Of a stretch of DNA of 64,000 nt, positions 39,753 to 54,090 are shown one piece after another. Position numbers and translations under genes: made by a program. Position 1 is the first letter of the stretch. Each line of letters begins with the position of its first letter. The DNA is taken from assembly GCF_006345805.1 (NCBI RefSeq), contig NC_043015.1, positions 10,850,001-10,914,000 on the forward strand, read 5' to 3'. This DNA is from Octopus sinensis. Its lineage: Eukaryota. The notes under the pieces are model-generated. The model saw only the letters and a list, made by a program, of their open reading frames with translations. It was not told the DNA's origin and did not search any database.

Positions 39753-42700
39753 AAAATATTAGTCTCATCATCCTTTTCAGGATTACACTCTTTCCCAAAT
39801 ATTTCATGCACACATGGTCTTGAAAATGCTCACATGGTAAGATATCTGTTTCTGTCTGAAAATCTTCGGAGCGTCAGCGAAAGCCATGGACAGAGTCTCT
39901 AATTACGAACCGTTCACAATTGTCAAAAGTTTATATGGATATTTAGGTACAATTTTACGATAAGTTATTTCATTAACTAGAAAAATTAAAATTAAAACTT
40001 AGAATAACAAAGGATCTTGACTTCTACATGAAGTGCATAAACATACAATACATAAATGAGATCTATGCGTTGAAAACTTAGAGCAAGCTACAACCCTAAT
40101 AGATCTCATTTGTTCATCGGTCAGTCGGTGTCATCAAATGTAGGAGATTTCAGTTGAATTTTTTTCTTGTTCACGGTCTAACTATGTCTTTGTTTTTATA
40201 TCACATGTATACAATCATATAAAAGTTTGATATAATGTTCTGCTCTCCTCCAAAACAATTTGGTGTATAGTTTGTTACACGAATATTGCAAATATATTTA
40301 ACGTTTTGCGTGAAATTTGCAAAAATAGTAGGGCATATTCCCAGACCTCATTATTACATTTCGTTTTATACAAAATTTTGGCTGATGTGATGCGACTATG
40401 ATTCACCGAGGAAAGGTAAGCTTAAAAGATGTTCAAAGTATCATGAAGGCTGTAAGACAGACTCGCTCAACCCATCAGCTTGTGAATATCTAAGATTTTT
40501 TTCCATTGTATTTATGAAATATAAGTCTCTTGTAATTTGCGGGGATTAGTTTAATTAACGATAATTATTTCGATTCTCATTACGGTTATAATTTTATTTG
40601 AATAAACAGTATTTTTGGTCCACATCTTAAGTATGCTTTGTTGTACTTGAAACAAGATAAAATAGTCGGTTTTCACTCACGATAATTCTATAGAGTCTTA
40701 ACATATTATCCTTTGTATAATATTGATCAAAACTTGTTCATTTATATCATATGATTTAATAAAACCATGTAGTTATTTGCATGCAAATATCATATAATAT
40801 AATGTTTGATTTGCAAAGACAAGTTCTAGAATAATAATATCAAGATATAGGCATGGTGATCGGCTTCTACTGAAAAGAAAAATCAAATTTCAGATAATGT
40901 TATATGCAGTTACTTAGTTTTATATAAAGGTTTATATAAAATTCAGTACCATAATTTCAGACGATATTGATATTCTCTATTTCAATTTCGCTTGTTCCCA
41001 AAAGACAGCAAGCTGAATAACATTTAGTTCCTTCAAGAATCATTATCGTCCTTTTGTTTTGAAGTATCCTCAAGCAAGATAATTTAGCTAGAAATATGTC
41101 TGTATTTAGAATTGAATATTTCTTAAATGAGTTATATATTTCTCGCCAGCAATATATTGATTTCTCTTTTAACTTCTCTACTGATCTTCAATTTCAATAT
41201 ATAGCCTTTCTGTTTGAAAGTTATAAATGTGTCTTCGGTCTTATTTCAAAAGAGTACGGCCATAAGAATTACAAAGATACTTTGAGACATTTCTGTACTC
41301 TCACTTAAAACATTTTTGCTGGATAGATTCGTAGAACGATATGGTAAATATCTTAAAATCAATTATTGGTTTACCTGACGTCTATATTTAATAGACGATA
41401 TTATTCATTCCTTCACATTTTATATTTAAATTCACACAGATACATGAATATCTTTCTTCAACTGTCTCTCTCTCTTTCTCTCTCTTTCTATCTTGCACTC
41501 TCTAACAATCAATGAATCAATGAATGTGTATGTATATGTGTACATATTTCTCATATCATATATTAGTGCATATATGTATACACAAACAAAAACACACACG
41601 TATATGTGTGTGTGTCTGTGTGCGGATGTATGTGTGTGTGTCTGTGTGCGGATGTATGTATGTGTGTGTAATAAGAAACGAGTTTTTAACAGATAAGCAT
41701 CAATTTATTAAAATATTGTCAATTTTCTCTTACCTACAATTGTTTAATACATAATTTATTCAATTAAAATTAATAGATTAAAGTTGCATTTTGAAAATAG
41801 CGAGTTACATACTTCTATTTTATACTATATTGAACTATATCCTAATATATCGAAGTGTAACAATCATTGAACTCCGTTATATACATAATTAGTGCCTGTT
41901 ATTAAACAATAAACACCAATACTATTTAGGGATACTTCTCTCCTTGATATTTCTTTGATATATAAGAGAACACTAGTGAAGCTTGAATGTTAATATCCCT
42001 TTTTAAGAAGTTTTTGTATCCTCATATATGGTGCCCCAGCACAGCAGTGGTGCCTCAGCATGGCCGCGGCCTCTAGGCTAAAATATTTTAAAGTATTTTA
42101 AGGATATATATATATATGTACATAGATACATACATACATATATACGTATATATATATATATAATATATATATATATATAAACATTTATGTATATATACTT
42201 ACACATATGCACATACAAATATATATACGTATTTATGTATATATGTGTGTGTGTTTGCGTTATGGTGTGAGTGTGTGTTTGTGTATGTGTATATGTAAAT
42301 ATATGTACATATATGAGAGAGAAAGAGAGAGTGAAAGAGGAATTCATAAGTAAGTGGATAGATATATAATTAGATATGCAGAGTGACAGATAGACTGACA
42401 TTGGGTAAATTACGTATTGTTGACAATTTTTCTAGCAAGTTTGCAAGTTTCGTCTTTCGTATATGTACGGATAAATCTGCAGGAGAAATATTTATGAAAA
42501 ACAGTACACAGGTCATGAGATGCGGGATAGCTTGTTGACTTCATTAAGAAGCATGGAACCACACTAAGTGTATGAGGATATGCAAAAGATACCAATACAA
42601 ATTACGTAACACAGCTCTATATTCTTTCAAGACTGCATACGTGAATTACATAAGTTTTGTTAGGAGACAACTAGAATAATTAACACTTGGTCTAAACGGA

Positions 42701-43289
42701 CAGTTAGTATCATATGAATGAACAAAATCAGAGCAGACAAATCGACCATGTGCATACAAATACAGCTAATTGGGGGAAAATAGCTAACACTGACATCAGT
42801 TTTTCAACAAAAGAAGACCAAGTAGGCAACGAAATTAAGAACGGATAGAAAATATTAGAACTTTTGTGAAAAGAGGAAGTGGAACAGAAGGACTATCTGA
42901 CAGATTTGGGGAGAGGACGACAAAGAATAGACAACAGGGGAACAAATTATTAAAGACAAAATTTTCCGGTGAAGTGTGAGGAACGAATAAAAGAAGGAAG
43001 ATGGAAAAAGAGTGGGTGTCAAATATAAGAGGTGAAGGGAACAGCGAATGTAATCATATAGATATAAGTATAAATCCAATGATGGGTTAGCTGACAGTAA
43101 CTTCGAAGTCACCGTCGATAACATTCTTGTACTGCACTAAAACCATACAATTAACGTAAATTATTTTTGTTAAAAATGAACATAAAAACAAATAAATGTA
43201 TATATGTATATGCATGTGTGTGTGCATTTGTGTATAGACATATGCACGCGTGTGGTGGGTGTATACATATTCTTTTATTATCCTATTTT

Positions 43290-43499
43290 ATTTCAGTCAT
43301 TTGACTGCGTCCATGATGGAGAACCATCTTTAGTCGGAAAATCGACCCCAAGACTTATTCTTTGTAAGCCTAGTACTTATTCTATCATTCTCTTTTGCTG
43401 AACCGCTAAGTTACGGTGGCGTAAACACATCTGCGTCGGTTGTCAAGCGATGGTGGGGGACAACACAGACAAAATAACAGACACACATACATATATACG

Positions 43500-43563
<64 letters not shown>

Positions 43564-43590
43564 GTATATATATATATATATATATATATC

Positions 43591-43624
<34 letters not shown>

Positions 43625-43810
43625 ATATATGTATGTATGTATATATATATATTCATAGATTCTTCCAGTTTCCGTCTACCAAATCCACTCACAAGTCTTT
43701 GGTAGGTCTGAGGCTATAGTAGAAGACACTTAGCCAAGGTACCACGCAGTGGGACTGAACTCGAAACCATGTGTTTGGGAAGCAAGCTCCTTACCACACA
43801 TTCATTCCTG
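43290..43810 (-). mobile_element. Diverged tRNA-derived SINE with expanded internal (TA)n
   Basis: Same head, core and tail blocks as 1811-2238. Confidence 0.85.
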
Positions 43811-44519
43811 TATATATGTATCTCTAGGTGAGATAAACTTCCCAAGATCCATGGACAAGATTCTCTCCAGCGGTTTGTGTCCCCCGTCCTTAGTGCATAT
43901 ATATATAAGCGCATATGTGTGTGTGTGTGTGTATGTGTGTGCTTGAGTATCACTGTTATAATATATTCATGAAATCTCAGAAGTCTCTGCTCATTAACAT
44001 CAAGAGTTTATCTTTAGCGGGCCACTCGGTTTAAATGTTTAGAGGGAAAAATGGTTGAAGTAATTAACGAAGACTGAACAGCGAAAATAAGACGTGGCAT
44101 TTAATGCTGATGATATCATTGCAATGGACAAGAAAGCCACATGTGTCGGACAGTATACAATATTATGACCAAAATTCATTCCTTTTGACCGGACAAGAAC
44201 GATACAGATTATATTTACCGATATGTAGAATTAAGAGAGAAAACATACCTAATCTCGTGACTATGTCTGTGTCTATGTTTCTGCAAATGTGGGTTTGTAG
44301 AATGTGTGCCTGTGTGCATGTCTTCTCATTATTGTCGCAGTTTTGTGTCCTAACTCGTTTGTGTCTCGTTTCTCGCGGTGCTCAATAAGGAAAGTATTAC
44401 TTCTTCTTTGGAAAAAATACATCGTTCCGTCATCAAGCGTGTCACCATTCTCAATTTAAATCAATTTGTAAGGAGTTGCATGTGTCTAGATTTCCTAATC
44501 TTTTATACTCTACTTACAA

Positions 44520-44710
44520 GGCCCAAAGTCTTTGAGGAAGACGAGGCAGTCGATTCCATCGACCCCAGTAGTCAACTGGCACTTAATTTATCGACCCCGA
44601 GAGGATGAGAGGCAAAGTCGCACTCGGAGGAATTTGAACTCCAAACGTAGCGGCAGACGACATACCGCTAAGCTCTTCGCTCAGTGTGATAAAGACTCTG
44701 CCAGTTCGCC
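44520..44710 (-). mobile_element. SINE of a third family (head GGCGAACTGGCAGA; B-box-like GAGTTCAAATTCC)
   Basis: Minus strand has GAGTTCAAATTCCTCCGAG...CTTTGCCTCTCATCCTCTCGGGGTCGATAAATTAAGT. Degenerate relatives at ~8350-8510(+) and ~24690-24790(-). Confidence 0.7.
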
Positions 44711-46814
44711 GTGTTTCTTCAAGTATTGAAATTTATTCACGTTCTGATACAAAAGTTTAGGACAATGCATAGTTGCTCACGAATTCAACATATAAACAAA
44801 ACGTGTGTTTAATTTATTAACTTGCAGTTTTCTCATCAATAACCCATACCTATCCTTGTTTTATTTTTCTCACTGCAATATTGTCAAATAAACGCTTGAC
44901 CGACACAAAAATGTTTTCTTTTTTTAGCTTGTTGCTTTAGGTAATGTCAGTACCGTTGGATTTTAATTTACATAATAACATATATTGGAATAATTTTGGT
45001 GACGAATTGTGTGGCATTACTTTAATGGGACGTGTTATGTATGGCCAGAACAAAAAGCGAGGGGCAAAAAGAGGAAAAGTATAAGAAATCACAGCAAAAC
45101 AAAGTTGCAGTTTTACTTTGTATATTTAAGGGGTTATAACCGCTTCTGCAGGATGGAGAGAAAACGCTGTGTACAGATGTTAGTGGGAGCACGGATGAAG
45201 GAGAGGAAGGAGAAATGCGAGACCTAGATGGGTGTTGCTGTAGTGAACAGTCCCTTTCATATAGCTTCTTCATGCTTTTAATGGCGGCTCTCAAGTTGTT
45301 CATGAGTAGGCTCCCCATCATTCTGAGATTGCCCTTGTTACGTTAAATGACCATGATGGATATATTTAAAAAAGGGTTTATAACCCCGAAATATAGACAT
45401 GCAAGATAAATCTGCAGATTTGTCAGATTTTGTTTTCTTTTCCTTTCTCTCTTGGAGTTTACTTTATCCGTTCTCTTATTGTTCCGTCGTTACACGGCAA
45501 ATCTATTTACTGTATGTGTGTCATTGTTTGTTTGTGTGTGTGCGCGTGCGTGTGTGAGAATGTGTGTGTTTGTGTCCATGTGCTTCTGTGTCTGTGCGTA
45601 ACAGTGTTTCTCCCCTTCACCGCTTGATATCCGATGATCATTTATTTTACGTTTCCGTAAAATATTAACGGCACGGCAAGAGAAACCAATCGATAAGAAA
45701 TAGGGTTGATTTGTTCAAATAAAGCCGTTAAGGTTGTTCCTGAATATGATCGGATTCCAATTGTCCAATGGCTGAAATAATAAACGGTAATTGAAAACTG
45801 ATGGATTATGTGTGTGTATATATATACATACATACACATATATATATATATATATATATGTAATTTATATGTATTATGAATATATGCATGAATTATTTAT
45901 ATATGCATGTAGTATGAATGTGCATATACATGCATGCATTCACGTTATTGTATCGCCAAAGGCAAATTATAATCAGAATATGTAATACAGAATGATTATA
46001 CCGTGTATCGCACACAATTGATATATATCCGGAGTGAAGTTATTACTTTTAAAACCTACTGGGACGTTTTGTAGATACATAGTAATATCATCATGATATA
46101 TATATAGGTAAATGTATGTGTATATGTATGCGTTTGTGTGTGTGTGTGTATGAGTATACGTGGAGACAGGTAGAGACTAAAATGCTTTATTAATGCTATT
46201 ATTAAGACTTGTTAAATGTAAAGCACAGGAGGAATTAACAGAATAAAATGGTATATCACAGTCACGGATTAAGTGATACTAAACAGATTTATATAGATGT
46301 CAATTTAGCCTGTCAAGTCCTAATTTAAGCTGAGCATATAATACGACAGATTACAGCAGGCTAAGGATAGACTGCTGCCTGAATTATATGGCATTAAATT
46401 AACCTTCTTCCAGAATGAATCACTACTGTTTCAGAATAGTTGTGATGGCCTTAACCAATTTATATTTTTTGAAGTATTTCGTATGTCCCGAGTAGCATCA
46501 CTAGAAATGATACGCTGCCTATTTACGTAACACGAGTAAATTCAAGTTCAATACTGTAATGTAGCGTATTCACAGTGTTCAATGCATTATTCACTGGTTT
46601 TACAATAATGTGTCTATGAATTAATAAGAATGGGCCTCTTATATTGTGTGGCTTAAAAGAAATAACGACCGCATCTGGCTATCAAATCGCGTCCTATGCT
46701 CCCAGAAATGACGGAAATAACACGAGAAACGTAATGGTTAAAATATCATCTGAATTTAGCTACGCAAAATGTTGTGACATTATTGCTGAAGAGGTGAAAA
46801 AAGCGAGGTGATGT

Positions 46815-46900
46815 CTACAGCAGCAACAGCAGTAGCAGCAGCAGCAACATCAGTAGTTGCAGAAGTCGTGGTGGTGGTGGTGGTGGTGGTGGCGGTAATG

Positions 46901-46931
<31 letters not shown>

Positions 46932-47103
46932 TATCAGCAACATTAATAGTAGTGGTAGTAGTAGTAGTAGTAGTTGTAGTAGTAGTAGTGGTGGTAGTAT
47001 CAGCAGCAGTAGTAGTATTAGTAGTCGTAGTAGTAGTAGTAGTGGTGTAGTAGTAGTAGTAGTAGTAGTAGAAGTAGTAATAGTAGTAGTAGTAGTAGTA
47101 GTC
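46815..47103. repeat. Compound (CAG)/(GTG)/(GTA)n microsatellite
   Basis: Direct reading. Confidence 0.95.
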
Positions 47104-47804
47104 ACTAATTCCACTCTCTTTGCTGTTGCAATAATACTACAACGGTTCCTACTACTACTGCTGATACTAAAGCGGATCATGAACCTCTCAGTGTCGTCAT
47201 ATAACCTGAGAGACAAGAACAAGTTACGATAGTCAAAGGGCATGTTTTCTTAGAATTATATGAAGCAAGTTTAGCAATCATTCTTTTCCACCTATGATTC
47301 TCTATTATTACGTGAAACACACAACATCTTAAATTTTCGCATTACGTTAGAAATGAGAGCGCTCAAGTTTAATGCTCATACTTCGCAACAATTTCTTTAC
47401 TCTCTTCTTTGTGTATAAATTCTAGACAAAGTTTGACGCAAGACAGCTGTCTCACTTATATCCAGTATACGTTGCATTATATAATGTTATAACCCAGATT
47501 TGGAAATAATTTCAAACTAAAGTTACTTTTATTTACATAGATTTGCATACGCTTTGCTATATAGATTTTGTAAGATTGTCTGCTTCCCTTATATACATGG
47601 TATACAGTACTAAACTTCCAAGTACATAAATACAACCAGACGGATATATATATATATATATAATATATATATATACATATATACATATGTATGTATACAT
47701 ACACACACACACGCATATATATATATATACATACATACATATGTATGTATACATACACACACACACACACATATATATATATACATACATATGTATGTAT
47801 ACAT

Positions 47805-47941
<137 letters not shown>

Positions 47942-48306
47942 TGTAAAAATAAAATAGAAAATTTAAATAACTGCACGCAATCAATTCATACGGAGAACCA
48001 GCAACGGAAAAAGCGATTGAAGCCGACTGATAAAAAAAAAAAAGAGAAAGAATTCTATAAAGTAAGCAAGGTTATATGAAATAAAGAAGTAGAGCACAAT
48101 AGCAATCAAAAAACCGATAAAAACACAAACAATATCACTTCATCGTAAAATTCATACAGGAACAAACTTCTAGAGCTAACTCAATGCCAAAGGCTAGAAA
48201 TTGTAAAAATACAATTTCTTTTCAATCAGCTTCAAGAATTTAGGGTTGAGAAATATTTGACTATAAACACAAACACACACATTCCGATACATACATATAT
48301 AAATAC

Positions 48307-48337
<31 letters not shown>

Positions 48338-48861
48338 CATACATACATACATACATACATACATACGTAGGCTCACACACGCATATATACATCTATACAC
48401 TCACTTAGGTGTGCATAAACGTATTTAAATATTTTTTCTCACAAATTTGCTCTGAGGTTTTTTTTTTCACTCTACATTTGTTTTTCTTAGCAGGATGATT
48501 GGTTTCTGCTACAGTAACTGAATCAATATGAATAAAACAAATGATATTTAGACAAGCAACAAACTTTCAACCTGGGGCTGAAATCGAGGAAAATATTGCT
48601 TTTATTATCTAACCCTGAAAAAATATCATAATTTTCCTCTGGACTTTTATCGATAGGAAAAGTATCTAATAAAACCTTATCTCAAAAGAACTAAAGAATG
48701 ACATTACAAATTGTGACACAAAGAGATGAATATGGCAAGTTTCAACTCTAAGGCTATACAATCGGTCAACATCTACCGGTTTTGCCACCTTGCCTCTGCT
48801 CCAGTTCAATACGTGTGCGTATATATGAATGCGTAAGGAAGTGGGTGTCTGTGTCTGCGTC

Positions 48862-48925
<64 letters not shown>

Positions 48926-48949
48926 TATACACATATATGTACAAATACA

Positions 48950-49460
48950 TCTATAAATAGATGCCTTGCAAACAACTTGCACATGCAAGTGCTCCCAGTC
49001 AAAAGCTCCGTATACCCGAAGCCAGCAAGTGTATGGGGTCATCAGGAGAGAATGCGCGCCGTTTCGGGGCCTACCTCTCGACGGCATCAATGCGCACCGG
49101 CCCCCCTCACTCATCAGCTGGTTATGAAGTTAAACTCAATATCCTTCTAGCCATCGCTCGTCGTCTCTTTTTAACCAAATCCAGTGGCTAGCCTTCTCCA
49201 CTGTAGAGTGGATATCATTCATGGTGGTATTGACTTTACGATGAGTTAGGCCTAGCGATAACAACATTCGTTTCGAGCTGTGTCCCACAAACCGTCTACA
49301 TCCGACTTCGATAGGAAAATGTTCTGCTTTCCAGCCTGCGTCTTCACATTCCTCGAGGAGGTTTATATAACAGTTCAATTTTCGAGCCCGAGCGGCGTCC
49401 ATATTATCTTCATGAGGAACCATTAGCTCGACTATATTTACAACTTTCTTTCTTTCAGAA
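48950..49460 (-). mobile_element. 5'-truncated REL-endonuclease LINE (Hero/NeSL-like) 3' end between (TA)-rich tracts
   Basis: IVELMVPHEDNMDAARARKLNCYINLLEEC...GWKAEHFPIEVGCRRF...EKASHWIWLKR matches the E..VP.E / K..Y / EVG.RGF signature. Stop at 49136-49138, then a GC-rich 3' UTR. Confidence 0.85.
49031..49086 (-). ncRNA. Candidate hammerhead ribozyme with non-canonical (pseudoknotted) strand order in the LINE 3' UTR
   Basis: Minus strand: tgccGTC gagagg taggcccc GAAAC ggcg cgcat tctctc CTGATGA ccccatac. Stem III tgccGT/ACggcg and stem I gagagg/tctctc flank complete core boxes. Stem II is weak. Confidence 0.5.
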
Positions 49461-49584
49461 CACATAAAAATATATATACAAATACATATATATATACATA
49501 GATATGTACATATATATATACATATATATACACACACACACCAATATATATATATATAATGGCACATATATTAATATCTATATA

Positions 49585-50933
49585 CTAGCAGTATCGTCCG
49601 GCGTTCATCGTAGACGCGCGCTAATACTCAGACGGGCTGGATTTAGATTCCTAACTACTCCCACATTTTGCGGTGCAGTTTAACCAAATTCGGGTATCTT
49701 ATAGTCGTGATTTATATCGAGCTCGTCTGAGTATTAGCGCGCGTCTACGATGAACGCCGGACGATAATTTAACATAATTTTGTATTCCATTTTAATGCAT
49801 AATTTTTCGTGTGTCGATGGCGGCGGAGTTGGCGTTCATGGTCACACCGGCACCTGTTTGCTTCTCCCCGACTTCCCTCCCTCGTGAAGCTGTGGGGAAG
49901 GGAGTGTAGGGAAATCAACGCCGTAAAGCGTTGTCAAGGAGACCAGCGTTCTTTTAGAACAACGACTTCATGGCTTGAAGACACCAAAACAGAAATGGCT
50001 AAGAAAGCCCGAATTGGCATCTATAAGGGAAGTAACTCTCTAAAAATGCTTATATAGTTATTTCCCTTACAAACCCGAGCAACGCCGGGCGATACTGCTA
50101 GTATAGATATAAAAGTGAAGTTGTGTGAGTGTCTGTCTCCTACGATTTAGATTCCTAACTACTCCCACATTTTGCGGTGCAGTTTAACCAAATTCGGGTA
50201 TCTTATAGTCGTGATTCATATCGAGCCCGTCTGGGCATTAGCATGCGTCTACGATGTGTCTACGATTTTAAAAATAATTTACCATAATTGTTTTCCATTT
50301 TAATGCATATTTTTTCGTGTGTCGATCGCGGCGGAGTTGGCGTCCATGCTCACACCTGCACCTGTGTTGCTTCTCCCCCTTCTTCCCTCCCTCGTGAAGC
50401 TGTGAGGAAGGGAGCGTAAGGAAATCAACGTCGTAAAGCGTTGTCAAGGAGACCAGCGTTCTTTTAGAACAACGACTTCATGACTTGAAGTCGCCAAAAC
50501 AGAAATCGCTAAAAAAGCTGAAACAGATCCACAAAAGCGGCACAAATCTTTATATATAAAAGTGAAGTTGTGTGTCTGTCTCCTACGATTTAGATTCCTA
50601 ACTACTCCCACATTTTGCGGTGCAGTTTAACCAAAACCGGGTATCTTATAGTCGTGATTCATATCGAGCCCTTCTGGGTATTAGCGCGCGTCTACGATGA
50701 GTCTACGATTTTTAAAAAACTTTACCATCATTTTTTCCATTTTAATGCATTTTTTCGCTATCATATAAGGTAAGTAACTCTCTAAAAATGTCTACGATGA
50801 GTCAACGATTAAAAAAAAATATTACCATCATTTTTTATTCCATTTTTAATGCATTTTTTTGCTATAACTCTCTAAAAATGCTTATATAATTATTTCCCTT
50901 ACAAACCCGAGCAACGCCGGGCGATACTGCTAG
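49585..50933 (+). mobile_element. Helitron-like non-autonomous element in tandem (49640-50101, 50102-50546, 50547-50933) with an inverted 3'-end piece at 49585-49637
   Basis: 5' A|TCTTTATATATAAAAGTGAAG at 50547. 3' hairpin CCCGAGCAACGCCGGG shortly before CTAG|T at 50101 and 50933. Internal blocks are repeated three times. Confidence 0.8.
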
Positions 50934-51499
50934 TATATATATATATTTCATATACATGGATATGAGTGAATATATGTACAGGTGTATATATATATATGTG
51001 TGTGTGTATATGTATGTATGTATATAAAATTCAATGCATGAGACGGTACCATTGTGAGCGCTCCAGGCAAGGATCTGCTATCAGGTTTTATAACGTTATT
51101 AGAAATCCAACGTCATTGAAGTAGATCTTTCCTACGTAAATCCGAAGTATGCAAACAGTTATACGTAGGGTAGTAGATAATAAAGAAGAAATACGAAAAG
51201 AAATGATCCAAGAAATTCTTAATACTTCTGAACCTCATACTTGCGTTTCGTTAAGCTCTGGGAATTAAATCATAAGCACGGATGTAAATAGATATACAAG
51301 CGCGCGTGTGTACCTGTGTGCGCTCATAAATCCATCGTATTTGAAGAAGCAATTATGACTGGATTATGAATCAATTTTAACATGTAAGGAAGTGTCACAA
51401 TTCTTAACGATTGCACTTTAATTTCACGAGCAGGATTTTCCCTTGACCCGATCAGATCAGCTGGAATCCTTGTCATCATAACCAGCGAAGTTCAGCAAA

Positions 51500-51847
51500 A
51501 ATTTATATTCAAATGAATGTGGTACTTAATTTAGATGCACCAGAATTCTGTATGGTGGTATCCATAAAAATCTGAGGGGTGATTATAATCAAAATAAGCA
51601 ACAAGAATGACTCCAGTAATTTGGTACGATCGTTTCGTACTACATCATTTTATTAAATGTAAGTATTACAACAGTTTTAAAATGCTGAGCACTCATGAGC
51701 CAATTATAGAGGTTTTCTATTAATACCTCTATAATTGGCTGATGAGTGGTCAGCATTTTAAAACTGTTGTAATACTTACAATATTTAATAAAATGTTGTA
51801 GTACGAAACGATCGTACCAAATTAACGGAGTCTTTCTTGTTGCTTAT
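51500..51847. mobile_element. Fold-back pLTR-like element (family D), arms 51595-51713 / 51725-51847, ending at (TA)n
   Basis: Inverted arms seen directly. The left extension (TGGTACTTAATTTAGATGCACC...GGGGTGATTATAA) is homologous to 55190-55265. Confidence 0.8.
51733..51823 (+). ncRNA. Type I hammerhead motif with long stem II
   Basis: aattgg CTGATGA gtggtcagcatttta...taaaatgttgtagtac GAAAC gatc GTA ccaa. Palindromic ACGATCGT stem III. The mirror copy on the left arm has a mutated core (CTCATGA). Confidence 0.78.
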
Positions 51848-51850
51848 CTA

Positions 51851-51933
<83 letters not shown>

Positions 51934-53597
51934 CACATATATATATATATATACACATATATTGTATGTATTTTCAAGGACACACACTTACTTGAAAGAC
52001 ATAGAGAAATACACTCGAACACGAATACACTCAGGCCAACACAATAATATACATACTTATACTTGAGCATGAAAGATAACAGGAAATACACCAAGTAGTA
52101 TGCTATAACTCCACTTTCACACTTTTAGTTTAAATGTGACATATAATATAACCGAATTATGTGTGAATTTATTCAGCAAATACCATGCATGTTAGTATAC
52201 GTTTCATAAAATATATGAGACATTACATCAGTGCAATTTCTTTCTGTATCAATATTTATAGGAAGAAACTAGTTGCCCTTCCGCAAATAAATCTTCAAAA
52301 ATTGTGAGGAGTTTTGTAGACATTTTGCAGTTACTGGGATTACGCTACGCTACCTAACGAATCTTATCGAGCATTTATTAAGCAAGTCATCATCTGATCA
52401 TGTATGGACATACCTACCATACCCACTCGCAATTCACTAATATTGCAAAAACGATTAGAGTACAAATTTATATTTTACCTTATGAGCCTAGCTGTTTCTT
52501 TCAAGAAAAATCTGGACGGACATATCTTAAAATTCCTATAATATCAATATAAATTTGTATAGCATACGTGCTTTAAGCAGTTTCCATAAGTTCTCTCTTC
52601 CCATACCCTCGCAAACATCAATAAATTCAAAGAAACGTGTACAAATTTGGATGTTCCATTCAACAGAGCTTTCAGTAATTGTCGAAGGAAAACACATATC
52701 GTAGCAGAGTTTATATATAAAACATCGAGACTGGCCTGTGAAGAAAACTCGTTCGATTATTTTTTACAATAACTCGTGCAGTATCTTTGCTAGTATGCAG
52801 GGAAATGAAATTATTTGGTAGCAAATGGTGAATATCACACGTTGAACAGTGAAAGTAGTTTTCACATATTTATAGATTTTTATAGATGACGTGCCGTTAA
52901 AAAAACTGGATGTTCCTCGATTTCACCTTTTTGTTTACGAATAGCATCTCCCGCTTATACCAAAACGCATTCAAAGAGGTTATCTTCAGAGAAAAAAGAA
53001 ATTTTTGAAGCCCTGTTTAATAGCTCATTAAAAACGTACCGCTAACTCTTCAAGTTATTTAGTGCATTAACACACACGTACACACGTGCACACACGCACA
53101 TGCACTCACGGAGGCACTCAATCACACGGCACACACTTAGTACACACATGTACACAAATACATATGCACTTGAAGCAACTTTAATTAAAGTACCGGTGCA
53201 CATAACATTGGTAATATGTACACAAAAGTGGAACGGAAATACTTGTACTGCTGCCGCAGTCAGTTCGCCAAAAGTGATTTACGATACAAGTAAAAAAAAA
53301 AAAAACAAGATCAGTAAATAACTTGCCGACATCTAATATCCGAACAATCATTTTTCAGTTTCGTTCGGAAATTTCGAGCTTTCGTCACTCAGGAAAGGCA
53401 ATCATGCTGAAAACTCGGGTTTAGCGAACTAGCATCGTTTTCATGCTTTTAACACATAGAGTATTTCGGGAGGTGTCTATGCGACAAATTATTAAACCAA
53501 TGACATTTATATTTTGTACATATATGTATGTATATACATATACATATATATATATACGAGTGTATGTATAAACATATATATATATATATATATATAT

Positions 53598-53812
53598 ACT
53601 CTTTTACTTGTTTCAGTCATTTGACTGCGGCCATGCTGGAGCACCGCCTTTAGTCGACCAAATCGACCCCGCGACTTATTCTTTGTAAGCCCAGTACTTA
53701 TTCTATCGGTCTCTTTTGCCGAACCGCTAAGTGACGGGGATGTAAACACACCAGCATCGGTTGTCAAGCAATGCTAGGGGGACAAACACAGACACACAAT
53801 CACACACACACG

Positions 53813-53858
<46 letters not shown>

Positions 53859-54053
53859 ATATATATAATATATATATATATACATATATACGACAGGCTT
53901 CTTTCAGTTTCCGTCTACCAAATCCACTCACAAGCCATTGGGCGGCCCGGGGCTATAGCAGGAGACACTTGCCCAAGATGTCACGCAGTGGGACTGAACC
54001 CGGAACCATATGGTTGATTAGCAAGCTACTTACCACACAGCCACTCCTGCACC

Positions 54054-54054
<1 letters not shown>
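53598..54054 (-). mobile_element. tRNA-derived octopus-type SINE, full length
   Basis: Near-identical to 1811-2238. Confidence 0.9.
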
Positions 54055-54090
<36 letters not shown>

